Assembly: GCF_009834535.1 (NCBI RefSeq)
Contig: NC_045696.1
Span: forward strand, 52,392,001-52,456,000
From: Camelus ferus
Lineage: Eukaryota
Direction: 5' to 3'
Length of the DNA: 64,000 nucleotides
Below, piece by piece: positions 62,521-64,000 of the stretch. The position numbers were made by a program, and so were the translations under genes. Each line of letters starts with the position of its first letter. Position 1 is the stretch's first letter. A model generated the notes under the pieces. The model was not told the origin of the DNA. It worked only from the letters and a program-made list of their open reading frames with translations, and searched no databases.

Positions 62521-64000
62521 GACGGAACAAGTCAGGCTGTTTCAGGGCTAACAATAGAAGTACATTCTGTTGGAACACTGTGAAAGGAATTGGGTACCAA
62601 AGAGGAATAATTGGGAATTTTACTTTATTTTTTAAAAAATGGTTCTGTGTTTTTGACGCTTAAGAAGAAGGCGGGTTCCCTGGCAATAAGGGAGAAGAAT
62701 CATGTGGAATACTTCTCTTTCATCCCCCATAGAATGTAGCAAAATCCTAAATTCATAATAGGTGGTCAGTATATCAACCGAATAATTTAGTAAGAACCAA
62801 TTGCTTAACTTTTTTAGATCTTTAGAGGATTTCTCTTAAAGTAGCTATCTCTTAAAAAAAAAATTTAAAAATTCCCAATCAACTAACGAAGAAAAGGAAT
62901 ATGTCAGGATGATTCCTGAAGGTGCAGGGTGGTTGTCTGAGCAGAAGTTAAGGCACACATAGTTTTCTTAAATTTCAATGTATTTTTAATTTACCCTTAT
63001 GTAATGTGAACCAAAAGGGCCTTACGGATATCAAAGGTTCATTTTTTTTTCCCTGCTAATCTTATGATGAACGATAGATGAGTAACAGGGACTGTACTAA
63101 GAGGACAGAGCACTGCATACTGGATTAAAATAGCCTGGATTTGGTAATATCGAAACTCTACTAAGAAAAAAAAAGTGTGAGGAACCAGGAAGATGTGCTA
63201 TAGATTAACAGTTATGGTGAACTGTAGAGTGGGCATCAGCTCTCCTGAACATATTTATGTATTGGGCAGTTTCAAACTATCATTTTTGCACAGAGTTACC
63301 ACCAGATGGATTGTCCAGTTCCTCCTACTCTGTATTAAACAACATGCCTAATGAATATTCAACACTTAGCACATGCAAACTGCACTTGTTGAACCTCTCT
63401 AACAACCACTAATGAGGACATTAGCTTTCAATTAACTATATAAAGCTTTGGGTTTGGACTGGAACATTCATTCAGCCCAGGCATCAATTTGCAGATCATT
63501 ATAGGACATTAGTTGGTTGCTAGACAACCACATGTTCTAGCAGATTTTAGGCTGAGCTCCAATGATAAGCAAGGATCAGATATTTCAACTCTTAAATTGT
63601 GTCTTATTATCTCCTCCACCTGAAATATTCTAACAACTCTATACATCTTACCAGGCAAAGATTTGGGGGAAGCAGCTACTAAGTTCAAATGATGAAATAA
63701 GGTATGAAAAAGTAGGATTTTTATCTTGAAGGCACAGGTAGAAATGCTAGTGTAGCTTGAGACTGGTGATAACCTCAGCCAAACTTCTAAGAGGACTGCC
63801 ACATGGAGCAGAAAAATCTGCTCACAGGAGCATACCATCAGGTATGGTTTTACAGCTTAATTTTAGTGTCATCTTTGGATTTACCAGAGTTTCATGATTA
63901 TTATACTATTGTTTTAAAAATAAAAATTATCTGTGAGAAATATGATTTATAAATATTTTCTACAGTTTTATTTCATTATATACAAGTATTTTCTTTTTTT

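Noticed and set aside
1..64000. Remaining 60-121 aa ORFs as coding exons
   Set aside because: Compositions reflect AT-rich or repeat DNA, many use non-ATG starts, no recognisable domains and no consistent exon chain
1..64000. CRISPR array, tRNA, rRNA, NUMT or CpG-island promoter
   Set aside because: No regularly spaced repeats, no RNA-gene signatures recognised, and CpGs are sparse throughout

Overview
AT-rich, CpG-depleted mammalian genomic DNA, intergenic or deep intronic. I recognise no protein-coding exon, RNA gene or prokaryotic system. The ORF track is noise apart from LINE-1 ORF2 remnants, most clearly 47817-48287. The window is dominated by eutherian-wide ancient repeats (MIR, L2, L3/CR1, L1M, MaLR LTRs, hAT-Charlie) plus a few young 5'-truncated L1 3' ends with intact target-site duplications (TSDs). 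From memory those resemble the camelid L1 3' end, and I see no Alu, B1/B2, Bov-A/BovB, PRE-1 or Can-SINE, so a camelid host is inferred but unverified. The best observations are: a TSD-flanked retroposed non-TE fragment (305-539); a tail-only insertion (10427-10455); an RFX X-box/AP-1/NF-kB motif cluster (15.3-16.2 kb); a MEIS-motif cluster with retained CpGs (20.3-20.6 kb); a CR1/L3 fossil spanning endonuclease to RT (31.0-32.45 kb); and two L1 pieces breaking at nearly the same ORF2 position. Repeat families and most boundaries were called by eye and are approximate; TSD and motif coordinates were read directly. I found no evidence of a previously undescribed biological system.
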